This document shows, in pieces, positions 54,912 to 64,000 of a stretch of DNA of 64,000 bases. Both the position numbers and the translations under genes were made by a program. The DNA is from a bacterium (GTDB lineage Bacteria; Patescibacteriota; Microgenomatia; UBA8517). The stretch covers positions 755,096 through 819,095 of the forward strand of contig CP129472.1 in assembly GCA_030583725.1 (NCBI GenBank), written 5' to 3'. The notes below the pieces were generated by a model. It worked only from the letters and a program-made list of their open reading frames with translations. It had not been told where the DNA came from and did no database searches. How positions within the stretch are numbered: the stretch's first letter is position 1; every line of letters starts with the position of its first letter.

Positions 54912-55946
54912 CTATTTATTATATTTAACAATATATCCGAAGTTTTTAATTGTTTTAATTGTGTACTTGCTAGCAACCTTATTTTTTAATCTAGACATAA
55001 TTTTGTATATAGCCCAAAGTGAGAAATTGTCGTCTGTCATCTTCATTAAACTGGATATTTTATCAACACTGATCGATGATTTGTTGATTACTAAATAAGT
55101 TAATATCTTTGACTCGTTCACCGATAAGTATGGAAAGTTAATCAACACTTCTTTGTGTCGATATTTATTAAAGTAGTGTCTTAATAATCTTGACTTAATC
55201 AATCCAGATTTGTTTGTTAGTCCAATAATATTCAGTTTGTTCGTATCAGTATTTATGATTAACTCTTTTAAATAATTTAATTCAAAGTTGATCTGGATAT
55301 TATTTATATAATAAGAGTAGTCGTCAAAATTACTTTTTCCGTCAGAAATTTCTTTACAAACATATTTAACTATTCTAGCAATACCTCCAGATAAGTTATA
55401 AATACTTTTGTAACATCTTTCTGGTATTTTCCATTTGTAATATTTTTTCAAAGTCTCAATCATTACTTTTGTTTGCTTAAAGGAAAAAGGTGCGACGTAA
55501 ATAAAGTTTAAAAAGAATGACGTTGTGTAACCTGAGTAAGATTCGGGATCTATTAATGGAGAATGATCAGTGAGGGTAATAAACATAATTTTGTTAGGAT
55601 TTTGATCCTGGATTGATCTTAGTTTTTCCAAAGCATCTCTCCTTTCTTTTATATTCTCCAAGAATCTGATGATAAATATTATTTTTTTGTTATGTGCACT
55701 CTCACATTTTTTGCGAACAAATTCTACAATTTCTGTGCTGTCAACTTCTTGGTTATAAGTAATAATGTTATTGATATATTTTTCTTTTTGTAGTCGAAAA
55801 ATTAAAAATTTATATATTGTTTTGTTGCTTTGTCCATACATTACTGAGATGCATGTATTTTCTTCGTAATTAATAGCATTTTTCACTTTTTGATATATGT
55901 TATCAAAGTAATCAATAGGTAGTGATTCTACATAGTTTTTTTGCAT
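54912..55946 (-). CDS. Hypothetical protein, possible transcriptional regulator with C-terminal OmpR/PhoB-type winged-helix
   Basis: C-terminal ...IYKIMSRLKNKV....IKTIKNFGYIVKY resembles trans_reg_C; weak. Confidence 0.3.
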   Translation of the reverse strand: MQKNYVESLPIDYFDNIYQKVKNAINYEENTCISVMYGQSNKTIYKFLIFRLQKEKYINNIITYNQEVDSTEIVEFVRKKCESAHNKKIIFIIRFLENIKERRDALEKLRSIQDQNPNKIMFITLTDHSPLIDPESYSGYTTSFFLNFIYVAPFSFKQTKVMIETLKKYYKWKIPERCYKSIYNLSGGIARIVKYVCKEISDGKSNFDDYSYYINNIQINFELNYLKELIINTDTNKLNIIGLTNKSGLIKSRLLRHYFNKYRHKEVLINFPYLSVNESKILTYLVINKSSISVDKISSLMKMTDDNFSLWAIYKIMSRLKNKVASKYTIKTIKNFGYIVKYNK

Positions 55947-56041
55947 ATTAAATTGATAATACCATTGTTTGTCAAGTTTTCGTCCAAAATAGGTCAGGTA
56001 CTTGTCAAGCTGTCTAATAGGTTAAGAAGGTATAAATCAAA

Positions 56042-56423
56042 CATGTTAAAAGAAGCGGTTCGAGCAATTATAGCTACGGATCAAAATGAAGTTTTGTTAG
56101 TGAAAAGGGCAGATGGTATTGAAAAAGATAAATATTGCTTACCTGGAGGAAAGGTGGACGTTGGCGAGACAAATGAACAAGCAGTAACAAGAGAAATAAA
56201 AGAGGAATTAGGTCTAGATTTTGATCCAAAAGATTCTTTCATGATATCAAACGATAGTTGGAAGACAACTTATTTTACAGGTAATACTTCAGGGCAAATA
56301 AAAATAGATACCAACGAGGTCAGTGGTGTTGTCTATCTTAGTGGTAAAAAGTTGGATACGGTTGATATCGCTTTTGATCATAAATCCATTTTAGAGGATT
56401 ACTTTTATTTATCGATGTTGTAA
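56042..56423 (+). CDS. NUDIX hydrolase
   Basis: Nudix box GGKVDVGETNEQAVTREIKEELGL (Gx5Ex7REUxEExGU). Confidence 0.75.
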
Positions 56424-56425
56424 GT

Positions 56426-57004
56426 ATGGAAAAGCAACACTTATCTGAACATGAAGCTGAGTGGAATCATTTAGTTTTATATTTGAGAAACAAAGTGTAT
56501 GTTGGTGATCCTTTAGATGGAGAAAAACCGTATCAGTTTTCAAGCATCAAGTTGATAAAGCTTGTGGATCCTTTGACAATAGTGCCTACAGCAAAATACG
56601 TTTTGAGTGACCACCTAAGTAAGATAGAACAGATAAGAAAAAATGAAGTTGATATCTTTAAATTGGATAGGATATTTAGATTAGCAAATGGTTATTTTAT
56701 TTGTCCGCCAATACTTGAGATATGGGACGAAACACCTTATTGTGGTAGACCAGTTATAGTTGATGGGGGACATAGAATATTTCTAGCAAAAAAACATAAA
56801 CTTCCAATAAATTGCATAGTTATATCAGAGCCGATTTTGTGTCCACTACCTGTTTTACCACTAGATGGTTGGCATCAAGTTAACATATTTGATCAGATAC
56901 CTGTAGATAAGCGAAATTATAATCCTAATATTCCAGAACCAGAAAATCCATATAAATATTACAGATTAGATTTGCCAGGGTCTACTGGTCCTAGAAGTAA
57001 ATAA
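56426..57004 (+). CDS. Hypothetical protein, possibly ParB/sulfiredoxin-like nuclease fold
   Basis: PVIVDGGHRIFLAKK resembles the DGxHR motif of ParB/Srx-fold proteins; weak. Confidence 0.3.
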   Translation: MEKQHLSEHEAEWNHLVLYLRNKVYVGDPLDGEKPYQFSSIKLIKLVDPLTIVPTAKYVLSDHLSKIEQIRKNEVDIFKLDRIFRLANGYFICPPILEIWDETPYCGRPVIVDGGHRIFLAKKHKLPINCIVISEPILCPLPVLPLDGWHQVNIFDQIPVDKRNYNPNIPEPENPYKYYRLDLPGSTGPRSK

Positions 57005-57007
57005 AAG

Positions 57008-58045
57008 TTACCTGTATTTAACCACTTCAGTATTTATAAATTCCAATTTAATTTTAGCTTTTTTAAACATTTTTTCTGATTCTTCCCCTGCATGATATTT
57101 GTTAGCTGCAACAACTCTTTTAATCCCAGAGTTAATGAGTAACATTGTACAAGTTCTACAAGGTGTCATATTTACATAACAAGTTGCACCGTCTAGTGAA
57201 ACACCTCTTTTTGCAGCTTGGCAGATTGCGTTTTGTTCTGCATGGACTGTTCTTACACAGTGTTCTGTTACTGTTTCATCTTCGTGGATAACTTTTTTGA
57301 GTTGGTGACCAACATCATCACAGTGGGGCATACCAACAGGAGAACCAACATATCCTGTAACTAATATCTGTCTATCTTTTACAAAAACAGATGAGGCACG
57401 ACCTCTGTCGCAAGTTGCTCTTTTGGCAACAGACCTCATTATTTCTAAAAAGTATTCATCCCAAGATGGGCGAATGTATTTTTCCTCTTTTGTTTCAATT
57501 ATTTTATCGATTTGTTTATACAATTTTTTAAAAGTTGTATTGTTTTTTATTTTAAAGTCAGATAATTTAATGCATTCAAGTATGTTTTGTGCGCTTTTGT
57601 CGCTATTTTGAAATTCTCTTTGTTCTTGAATCTTGAACACTTTAAATGTTACAAAATCTTTGTCCGATGCTCTCTTTTTGATTCTTTTGTAACGAATTTT
57701 GATATCTGAATCAACTGCAATTATTATTCCACCCTTTTTCTTTATAAATCTAACCTCTTCTGGATTTCTAATACTTTCTATTACAGTGTTTGATTTTTGT
57801 TGTTTGGCTAAAGCATATAGCTTTTTAATAACATAATTTGATCCATATTTTTTACGTAGTAAGTTGCCAATATCTTGCAAGCTTGTTCTGTTTATTTCTG
57901 TTTTACCTTTTGTTAATTCACCCCTTAAGTAGTCGCTAACTGAATAATGCTTAAAACCATTTTGCTTCAAGTAATCAACAACAGTACCTTTTCCAGATCC
58001 AGAAGTACCAGTTATACCAATAATTTGCATTCTTACTTTTACCAA
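57008..58045 (-). CDS. Fusion of an N-terminal P-loop nucleoside/nucleotide kinase domain with a C-terminal dCMP/CMP deaminase (ComEB-like) domain
   Basis: Walker A GITGTSGSGKGT; C-terminal zinc-binding HAEQNAICQAAKRG...PCRTCTMLL (H-A-E / PCxxC). Confidence 0.7.
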   Translation of the reverse strand: MVKVRMQIIGITGTSGSGKGTVVDYLKQNGFKHYSVSDYLRGELTKGKTEINRTSLQDIGNLLRKKYGSNYVIKKLYALAKQQKSNTVIESIRNPEEVRFIKKKGGIIIAVDSDIKIRYKRIKKRASDKDFVTFKVFKIQEQREFQNSDKSAQNILECIKLSDFKIKNNTTFKKLYKQIDKIIETKEEKYIRPSWDEYFLEIMRSVAKRATCDRGRASSVFVKDRQILVTGYVGSPVGMPHCDDVGHQLKKVIHEDETVTEHCVRTVHAEQNAICQAAKRGVSLDGATCYVNMTPCRTCTMLLINSGIKRVVAANKYHAGEESEKMFKKAKIKLEFINTEVVKYR

Positions 58046-58099
58046 AAAAATATATTAAACACAATAGACTTCATAGTTTGCTAGATGTAATATTAAACT

Positions 58100-58459
58100 A
58101 TGTATATTGTTGACTTATATACACCTCCAAATAGTAAAGATTTGATAAAGAAAATACTTGATGATTCATCAAATGAACAAAGATCAAAGATATTAAAAGC
58201 AATAGCAACTTTGGAAGAGTTCGGTATAAGTAGAGATATACCAAATTTAAGAAAGCTAAGTGGCACAAAGTTATGGGAGTATCGGATTTTAGGAAAAGAT
58301 AATATCAGATTGATTTTAGTATCAATCATAAATGGGAGAATTGTAGTTCTAAATATATTTGTTAAGAAGAGCCAAAAAACTTCAATCAAAGAACTAAAAA
58401 CATCAAATGAAAGATATAAAATAATGCTTGACAGACTGACATCCAATAAGATATCATAG
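58100..58459 (+). CDS. RelE/ParE-superfamily toxin (HigB/Gp49-like)
   Basis: ...LRKLSGTKLWEYRILGKDNIRLI... characteristic of HigB/Gp49 family; followed by an XRE HTH gene (toxin-first order as in higBA). Confidence 0.6.
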   Translation: MYIVDLYTPPNSKDLIKKILDDSSNEQRSKILKAIATLEEFGISRDIPNLRKLSGTKLWEYRILGKDNIRLILVSIINGRIVVLNIFVKKSQKTSIKELKTSNERYKIMLDRLTSNKIS

Positions 58460-58465
58460 GTATAT

Positions 58466-58762
58466 ATGAAAAATACCAAAATAGTTAAAAATACAGATTT
58501 TAGAGAATACCTTGAAGAACAGTTAAAAGATCCTGAATTCAAAAAAGAATGGGATAGATTGGAACCTGCATATCAAGCACAAAGAGCTTTAATTAGAGCT
58601 AGAATTGATGCAAAAATGTCACAAAGACAACTTGCAAAAAAAGCAAAAACTACACAAGCTGTAATTTCAAGAATAGAAAATATGACAGTAAGCCCTTCTA
58701 TTGGTTTACTCCAAAAAATTGCAGAGGCATTTGGAAAAAATTTAGAAATTAGATTCACATAA
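58466..58762 (+). CDS. XRE-family helix-turn-helix antitoxin (HigA-like)
   Basis: MSQRQLAKKAKTTQAVISRIENMTVSPSIGLLQKIAEAFG HTH_3. Confidence 0.7.
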   Translation: MKNTKIVKNTDFREYLEEQLKDPEFKKEWDRLEPAYQAQRALIRARIDAKMSQRQLAKKAKTTQAVISRIENMTVSPSIGLLQKIAEAFGKNLEIRFT

Positions 58763-58808
58763 CTTCCTTATTGATTTTCAAGTTTTTAATTGCTAAATTG
58801 ACAACGAG

Positions 58809-59162
58809 ATGAAAGCAACTTCTAGTAATTTTAAAGACTTTGATGAGTATCAAAAGTTTTGTAAGAGTACTGCAGTTTACCCAAAGATAGGTAAAAGTTT
58901 TGTTTATCCTTTAATTGGACTTCAGGGTGAAGTTGGCGAAGTTTCAGAAAAAATTAAAAAGTTATTTAGAGATGATAAGGGTATATTGACTAAAGAAAAA
59001 AAAGTTGAAATAACAAAGGAGTTGGGTGATGTATTATGGTATGTATCTCAATTGTCTACAGAGTTTAATTTGAGATTATCAGATATTGTAAAAGGAAATA
59101 TTGAAAAACTGTCATCAAGGAAAGAAAGAGGTAAAATTCATGGAAGTGGAGATAATAGATAA
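58809..59162 (+). CDS. MazG-like nucleotide pyrophosphohydrolase (all-alpha NTP-PPase)
   Basis: GLQGEVGEVSEKIKK ... ELGDVLWYVSQL EExxE/D motif pair. Confidence 0.65.
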   Translation: MKATSSNFKDFDEYQKFCKSTAVYPKIGKSFVYPLIGLQGEVGEVSEKIKKLFRDDKGILTKEKKVEITKELGDVLWYVSQLSTEFNLRLSDIVKGNIEKLSSRKERGKIHGSGDNR

Positions 59163-59166
59163 TAAA

Positions 59167-59649
59167 CTATAACCTCTCAAGTATTTTATATTCATAAGAT
59201 GGATTATTTTCTAGGTGTTGCTCACTAAAGGTTTCTTTCCATTCATCTTCATTAATTTCTGGAAAATAAGTATCCCCGTCATAACTTTTATGAACCTTAG
59301 TCAAATAAATCTTGTTTGCTTGAGGTAGTAATTCTTTATAAATCATCCCACCTCCGATGACAAATAATTCTTCTTCATTTCTTTTTTTAATGAATTCCAA
59401 TGCTTCATTGATGTTAGTGAACACAAAGGCACCGTCTGCTTTGTAGTTCTTTTCAAAAGACAAAATAACATTAGTTCTGTTAGGTAAAACCCTACCTATA
59501 GACTCAAATGTTTTTTGACCCATCAAAATATGATGGCTTGTCGTTAGTTTTTTAAATCTTTTTAAATCATCCGGAATACTCCAAAGAAGTTTGTTTTTTG
59601 CTCCAATTACATTATTTTCAGAAACAGCAACTATTATTGATATATTCAT
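59167..59649 (-). CDS. folA: Dihydrofolate reductase
   Basis: ISIIVAVSENNVIG...LLW..P.DLKRFK..T....ILMGQKTFESIG..LPNRTNVILS aligns with DHFR. Confidence 0.85.
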   Translation of the reverse strand: MNISIIVAVSENNVIGAKNKLLWSIPDDLKRFKKLTTSHHILMGQKTFESIGRVLPNRTNVILSFEKNYKADGAFVFTNINEALEFIKKRNEEELFVIGGGMIYKELLPQANKIYLTKVHKSYDGDTYFPEINEDEWKETFSEQHLENNPSYEYKILERL

Positions 59650-59651
59650 TT

Positions 59652-60590
59652 TTAAACAGATATTGGCGCCTTTATAGACCCATGTGGATTATAGTCTATA
59701 ATTTCAATCCAATCTGACTCAATTTTGTCTATGTTTTTTAATTTTGAATTCAATTTAATTGTAGGTAGGGGACGTGGTATTCTTTTTATCTGTTCTTTTG
59801 CTTGCTTAATATGATTTAAATATAGATGTGTGTCAGCAAGGGTCATTGTCAACTCTCCTGCAATTTTACCTGTAATTTTTGCAACTATCTCAGTTAGTAG
59901 GGCGTAGGAAGCGATATTAAAAGGAAGTCCTAAAAAAGAATCGACAGATCTTTGGACCATGAAACAATTTAATTTTTTACCAACAACCTGAAATTGAAAA
60001 TATAAGTGACATGGTGGAAGTGCCACATCTGATAAAACAGATGGGTCCCAAGCAGTCACAATTATTCTTCTCGAGTCTGAATTATTTCTAATATCGTCAA
60101 TTGCGTTTTGTAGTTGATCTATTGTATCTTTTCCTCTTCCTTTCCATTTTCTCCATTGAAATCCGTATACTGGTCCTAGGTTACCGTGTTTTTTAGCAAA
60201 GCTTTTGTTTGTTTTAATTTTCTCAATAAACATAGTCATTTGATTTTGCCATTCAGGTGTATATTTTGGATATTTTTTATCTAACTTATTAGATACTAAG
60301 TATCTTTGAAATGGCCACTCGTTCCAAATATTTACATTCTTCAAAACTAGTGATCTCAAATTATTTTCTCCTCGAATAAACCATAACAGTTCCTCTTTTA
60401 CCCCATGAAACCAAACCTTTTTAGTAGTAAGAAGAGGAAAACCTTTTGAAAGATCAAATTTTAACATTCTACCAAAAACTTTTTTTGTTCCAGTTCCTGT
60501 TCTATCCTTACTTGCTGTCCCATTTTTAATAATGTCTTTAAGAAGATCTATGTAAATTTTATCTGCTAAGTTTTTTTTGGCGGTTGACAT
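59652..60590 (-). CDS. thyA: Thymidylate synthase (ThyA type)
   Basis: TGTGT, ALPPCH (catalytic Cys), overall length 312 aa. Confidence 0.9.
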   Translation of the reverse strand: MSTAKKNLADKIYIDLLKDIIKNGTASKDRTGTGTKKVFGRMLKFDLSKGFPLLTTKKVWFHGVKEELLWFIRGENNLRSLVLKNVNIWNEWPFQRYLVSNKLDKKYPKYTPEWQNQMTMFIEKIKTNKSFAKKHGNLGPVYGFQWRKWKGRGKDTIDQLQNAIDDIRNNSDSRRIIVTAWDPSVLSDVALPPCHLYFQFQVVGKKLNCFMVQRSVDSFLGLPFNIASYALLTEIVAKITGKIAGELTMTLADTHLYLNHIKQAKEQIKRIPRPLPTIKLNSKLKNIDKIESDWIEIIDYNPHGSIKAPISV

Positions 60591-60620
60591 TGCAACACAT
60601 CATAAAATATAAAGATACTA

Positions 60621-61235
60621 ATGAAAAGGGGAAAATTTGTAGTATTTGAAGGTGGAATGGGATGTGGAAAAACAACTCAAATTAATCTGCTTAAAAAAAT
60701 ATTAAAAAAGAATTGGGATTTCTATCGAGAACCTGGTGGAACTCCGTATGGAGAGAAAGTCAGGGACGCTGTTCAGGGTTTGAATGGATATAGTGTTGAA
60801 GAATATGCTGCAATGTTTGGTTATACTGCAGCTCGGGCGAATTTGATTCGGGGTTTGATTATTCCCCAGCTGGAGAAAGGTAAGAACATAATTTTAGATA
60901 GATACTGGTATTCGACTTACGCATATCAAAGTATCGAAAATGTTGCTAAGAAAGATATTCTAGAGATAAGTAAGATTTCAACCAAAGATTTAAGGCCAGA
61001 TATTATTGTTCATTTTGATTTAGATCCAAAAGATGCAACTCAAAGAAAAAGCGGTAAAGATGATGCCGATAGGTATGATCTCAAAGAAATAGGTTTTCAT
61101 AAAAAAGTAAGGAGAAATTATAAAGAACTTGCGAAAATTGTTGGTACAAAATGGCACACAATAGATGCCTCTGGGACAATAGAAGATATACATAATGATA
61201 CAATTAAGTTGTTGAGAAAGAATAAAATAATTTGA
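60621..61235 (+). CDS. tmk: Thymidylate kinase
   Basis: FVVFEGGMGCGKTTQ P-loop, DRY motif (DRYWYS). Confidence 0.85.
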   Translation: MKRGKFVVFEGGMGCGKTTQINLLKKILKKNWDFYREPGGTPYGEKVRDAVQGLNGYSVEEYAAMFGYTAARANLIRGLIIPQLEKGKNIILDRYWYSTYAYQSIENVAKKDILEISKISTKDLRPDIIVHFDLDPKDATQRKSGKDDADRYDLKEIGFHKKVRRNYKELAKIVGTKWHTIDASGTIEDIHNDTIKLLRKNKII

Positions 61236-62467
61236 AAAATAAAATATCCGAACTTATAAAACTTGAAGAGATTAGACAAGAGGACACGCTTATGCTTATT
61301 CCTTCTGAAAATTATGCTTCTAAAAATGTTAGAGATGCAGTTGGTTCAGTTTTAATGAATAAATATGCAGAAGGATACTCGGGCAAAAGATATTATCAAG
61401 GTAATGAGTTTGTAGATGAAATTGAAACCATTGCAATTGAAAAGGCAAAAAAACTGTTTAAGGTAGAACATGTAAATGTACAACCTTATTCAGGTTCTCC
61501 TGCAAATTCAGCGGTCCTGTTCGGACTTCTGAATTCTAGTGACAAAATAATGGGTTTAAAATTATCTTCTGGTGGACATTTAACCCACGGTCATCCAGAC
61601 ATTACTTTTTCTGGTAAATTTTTTACGTCCGTCCAATTTGGAACGGGCGACGATGGAATCATAGATTACGAAGCCGTCGAACAGTTAGCTAAAAAAGAAA
61701 AACCAAAACTAATGTTCATTGGAACAACTGCATATCCATTAATTTTAGATTGGAAAAGATTTGGTCAAATTGCAGATTCTATTGGTGCGTGGTTAGTTGC
61801 TGACATATCTCATATTGCTGGCCTTGTTGTTGCCGGTGTTTATCCATCACCAGTAAAGTATGCAGATATAGTTACTACAACAACCCACAAGACATTAAGA
61901 GGACCCAGAGGAGCAATGATAATGGTGACGAAGATTGGTATTAAAAAAGATGCAGAGTTACCTAAAAAGATTGATAGAGCAGTTTTCCCAGGCCTTCAGG
62001 GTGGACCTCATAACAACACAACCGCAGGAATAGCAGTTGCCTTAACTGAAGCAGAAAAAAGTAGTTTCAAAAAATATGGACAGCAGGTTGTAAAAAATGC
62101 CATTTGTCTTGCAGAAGAACTTAAAAAAGGAGGATTAACAATTGTTACAAATAAAACAGAGTGTCATCTAATTGTTATAGATTTAAGACCTAATGGCTTA
62201 ACAGGTAAAGTTGTAGCAGAGGCTTTGGAAACAGCGGGTATTGTAGTGAATAAAAATTCAGTACCCAATGATACAGCTGGACCATTTAACCCATCTGGTA
62301 TTAGAATTGGAACCCCTGCAGTTACAACAAGAGGAATGAAAGAAAAAGAAATGAAAATAATTGCTAAGTATATTCTTGATGTTGTTCAGAATTTAAATAA
62401 TCAAAAATACTTAAACAAAATTGCTAAGGAAATCAAAAAATTAAATGAGAAGTTTTCTCTTCCATAG
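61232..62467 (+). CDS. glyA: Serine hydroxymethyltransferase
   Basis: PLP-lysine region TTTTHKTLRGPRG, overall SHMT similarity. Confidence 0.9.
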   Translation: MKNKISELIKLEEIRQEDTLMLIPSENYASKNVRDAVGSVLMNKYAEGYSGKRYYQGNEFVDEIETIAIEKAKKLFKVEHVNVQPYSGSPANSAVLFGLLNSSDKIMGLKLSSGGHLTHGHPDITFSGKFFTSVQFGTGDDGIIDYEAVEQLAKKEKPKLMFIGTTAYPLILDWKRFGQIADSIGAWLVADISHIAGLVVAGVYPSPVKYADIVTTTTHKTLRGPRGAMIMVTKIGIKKDAELPKKIDRAVFPGLQGGPHNNTTAGIAVALTEAEKSSFKKYGQQVVKNAICLAEELKKGGLTIVTNKTECHLIVIDLRPNGLTGKVVAEALETAGIVVNKNSVPNDTAGPFNPSGIRIGTPAVTTRGMKEKEMKIIAKYILDVVQNLNNQKYLNKIAKEIKKLNEKFSLP

Positions 62468-62527
62468 TTTGATACAATATGCCTCATATAACGAAATCTG
62501 ATTTCGATATATCGTATAATATACGCT

Positions 62528-63325
62528 ATGGCAATTATTTTTGATGGAAAAACATATGCATTGAAGAAGAAAGAACTTCTAAAGATAGGAGTAAACGTTT
62601 TAAAAGAAAAGGGGATAATTCCCCAGATTGCAACAATTATAATAGGTAACGATCCTGCAAGTGTCTTGTATGTCAATTTGAAAAAGAAGTTTATGGAGGA
62701 AATTGGTTGCCAACTTGATATATACAGATTGAATAAAAACACATCTTTTAAAGCTATTAAGTTGTTAATTGATTCTTTAAATGAGGACAAGAATCTACAC
62801 GGTATTATGATTCAATTACCACTTCCGTTAGAAGTTGAAGATTTTAAAGAGGAACTTATAAATTTAATTAATGAAGATAAAGATGTTGATGGACTAAAGG
62901 AAAATTCTAAATATTTACATCCAACATCAAAGGCTGTAGTAGAGATTCTTTCGCTTGCAGAAAATGAGTTGAAAACTAAAGTTAAAACTGTTTGTGTTGT
63001 TGGAAGCAATGGAATGGTTGGAAAACCACTTGTTAAAGAACTAAAGAGGTTGGGTATAACTGTGGCTGAGGTTGGCAGAAATACCAAGAATTTTGAGTCT
63101 CTAGTTTCAAATGTAGATTGTGTTGTATCTTCAACTGGTGTAATTAACATAATAGGTCCCGAAATAGTAAAGGAGAACCAGATTATTATTGACGTCGGCG
63201 CTCCGTTTGGTGACGTTAGCCATTTGGTTTCTGAAAAGGTAAGTTTCATAACTCCAGTTCCAGGAGGTGTAGGACCAGTAACTATTACATGCCTTGCTGA
63301 GAACTTGTTGTTATCTGCAAGTTAA
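62528..63325 (+). CDS. folD: Bifunctional methylene-THF dehydrogenase / methenyl-THF cyclohydrolase
   Basis: YVNLKKK lysine motif, GSNGMVGKPL NAD(P) motif, PVPGGVGPVT C-terminal motif. Confidence 0.85.
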   Translation: MAIIFDGKTYALKKKELLKIGVNVLKEKGIIPQIATIIIGNDPASVLYVNLKKKFMEEIGCQLDIYRLNKNTSFKAIKLLIDSLNEDKNLHGIMIQLPLPLEVEDFKEELINLINEDKDVDGLKENSKYLHPTSKAVVEILSLAENELKTKVKTVCVVGSNGMVGKPLVKELKRLGITVAEVGRNTKNFESLVSNVDCVVSSTGVINIIGPEIVKENQIIIDVGAPFGDVSHLVSEKVSFITPVPGGVGPVTITCLAENLLLSAS

Positions 63326-63370
63326 CAAAACATATCTTTACAGAAGTAAGATCTGATATATAATAGGCTC

Positions 63371-63850
63371 ATGGGAAATTCACAAGCACTTCAAATGTCA
63401 GTCCACGCAGCAGTCTCTGCAACAAGTTTAATCGCTCTAATCTGTGATAACACACTAAGTAACGAAAAATACAAAAAAGTTAAAAAAACTGTTTTCAAAC
63501 TCCACAAAGATGTATTGGAATATAACAAAAAACTTCTAATTTTAGAAACAGACTATCAAAAGAATGAAGCGGATAAAATTAAAAAAGAAAGTTTAAAAAA
63601 AGCAATTAAAATATCACTTGAAGTTAGAAAAATAGCTCAGGCAATTGAAAAAGTTGGTTTCAGATTAACTAAAATCGGTGACAAAAATATGCATGCAGAT
63701 GCAAGAACTGCAATTCATCTTGCCCATGCGTCCTCAAAATCAGCACTTGAAAATATAAAAGTTAATAAGCAAAGCTTGACCAAATTGGGAATTGGTAAGC
63801 AAAGCTTGACCAAATTGGGAATTGGTAAGCAAAGCTTGGCAAAATTATAA
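63371..63850 (+). CDS. Hypothetical alpha-helical protein with three C-terminal 10-aa tandem repeats (KQSLTKLGIG); possibly cyclodeaminase/FTCD_C-like (weak)
   Basis: ORF; 30-bp in-frame DNA tandem repeat at 63769-63850. Confidence 0.3.
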   Translation: MGNSQALQMSVHAAVSATSLIALICDNTLSNEKYKKVKKTVFKLHKDVLEYNKKLLILETDYQKNEADKIKKESLKKAIKISLEVRKIAQAIEKVGFRLTKIGDKNMHADARTAIHLAHASSKSALENIKVNKQSLTKLGIGKQSLTKLGIGKQSLAKL

Positions 63851-64000
63851 ATTTTGTAAAAAAGGGTTAATTAAAATTTAACAATTGTAAAAAAGTGATC
63901 ACTGGTTTATAATTGCACCAAGCACACAGATTTAAGCTTCCTGAAACTTACTAAATCTGTGGGAGGATAAGGAAGCAAATTATCAAATTATGGTAAAAAT

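Noticed and set aside
58093-58542. 149-aa minus-strand ORF overlapping the HigB-like gene
   Set aside because: The plus-strand RelE/HigB-like reading is strongly supported by motif and by its partner XRE gene. The antisense ORF is a low-complexity artefact.

Overview
This is a low-GC (roughly one-third GC), gene-dense bacterial window with standard-code ORFs. Gene content and compact genes suggest a CPR/Patescibacteria-like genome, but that is an inference. Recognisable core genes are the rpsU-secE-nusG-rplK-rplA-rplJ-rplL block (minus strand), gmd, rpmG, rpmB, def-fmt, mreB, PBP2, dprA, topA, and a thymidylate/folate block (kinase-dCMP deaminase fusion, MazG-like, folA, thyA, tmk, glyA, folD). 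Four tRNAs are readable by hand: Trp-CCA, Thr-GGU, Tyr-GUA and Thr-UGU. The accessory content is large. (1) Three big Thr/Gly/Ser-rich beta-helix-like proteins, two of them clear paralogs, sit next to a two-component system. (2) Two AbiEi/AbiEii modules flank an ABC exporter, and the first is bracketed by a duplicated gene fragment. (3) A cluster of four ATP-grasp ligases (one fused to a retropepsin-like DTGA domain) sits with a SAM methyltransferase and a 7TM protein. (4) The most striking structure is a composite element next to tRNA-Trp. A large serine recombinase gene is bracketed by a perfect 65-bp GC-rich inverted repeat. It abuts a 7.6-kb cargo segment bracketed by a perfect 196-bp GC-rich inverted repeat. 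The cargo holds a PifA/KAP-like membrane P-loop NTPase, a thermonuclease, a PfkB kinase and an EamA transporter. It also has a ~460-nt hairpin-rich non-coding stretch with TTGCGG iteron-like repeats. All repeat termini and the tRNA junction share the tetranucleotide TGCA. Also present are VapBC-like and HigBA-like pairs, a zinc-finger PD-(D/E)xK nuclease inserted within a tRNA cluster, and a 23-bp x5 tandem repeat upstream of the ribosomal operon. No CRISPR array and no rRNA were seen.
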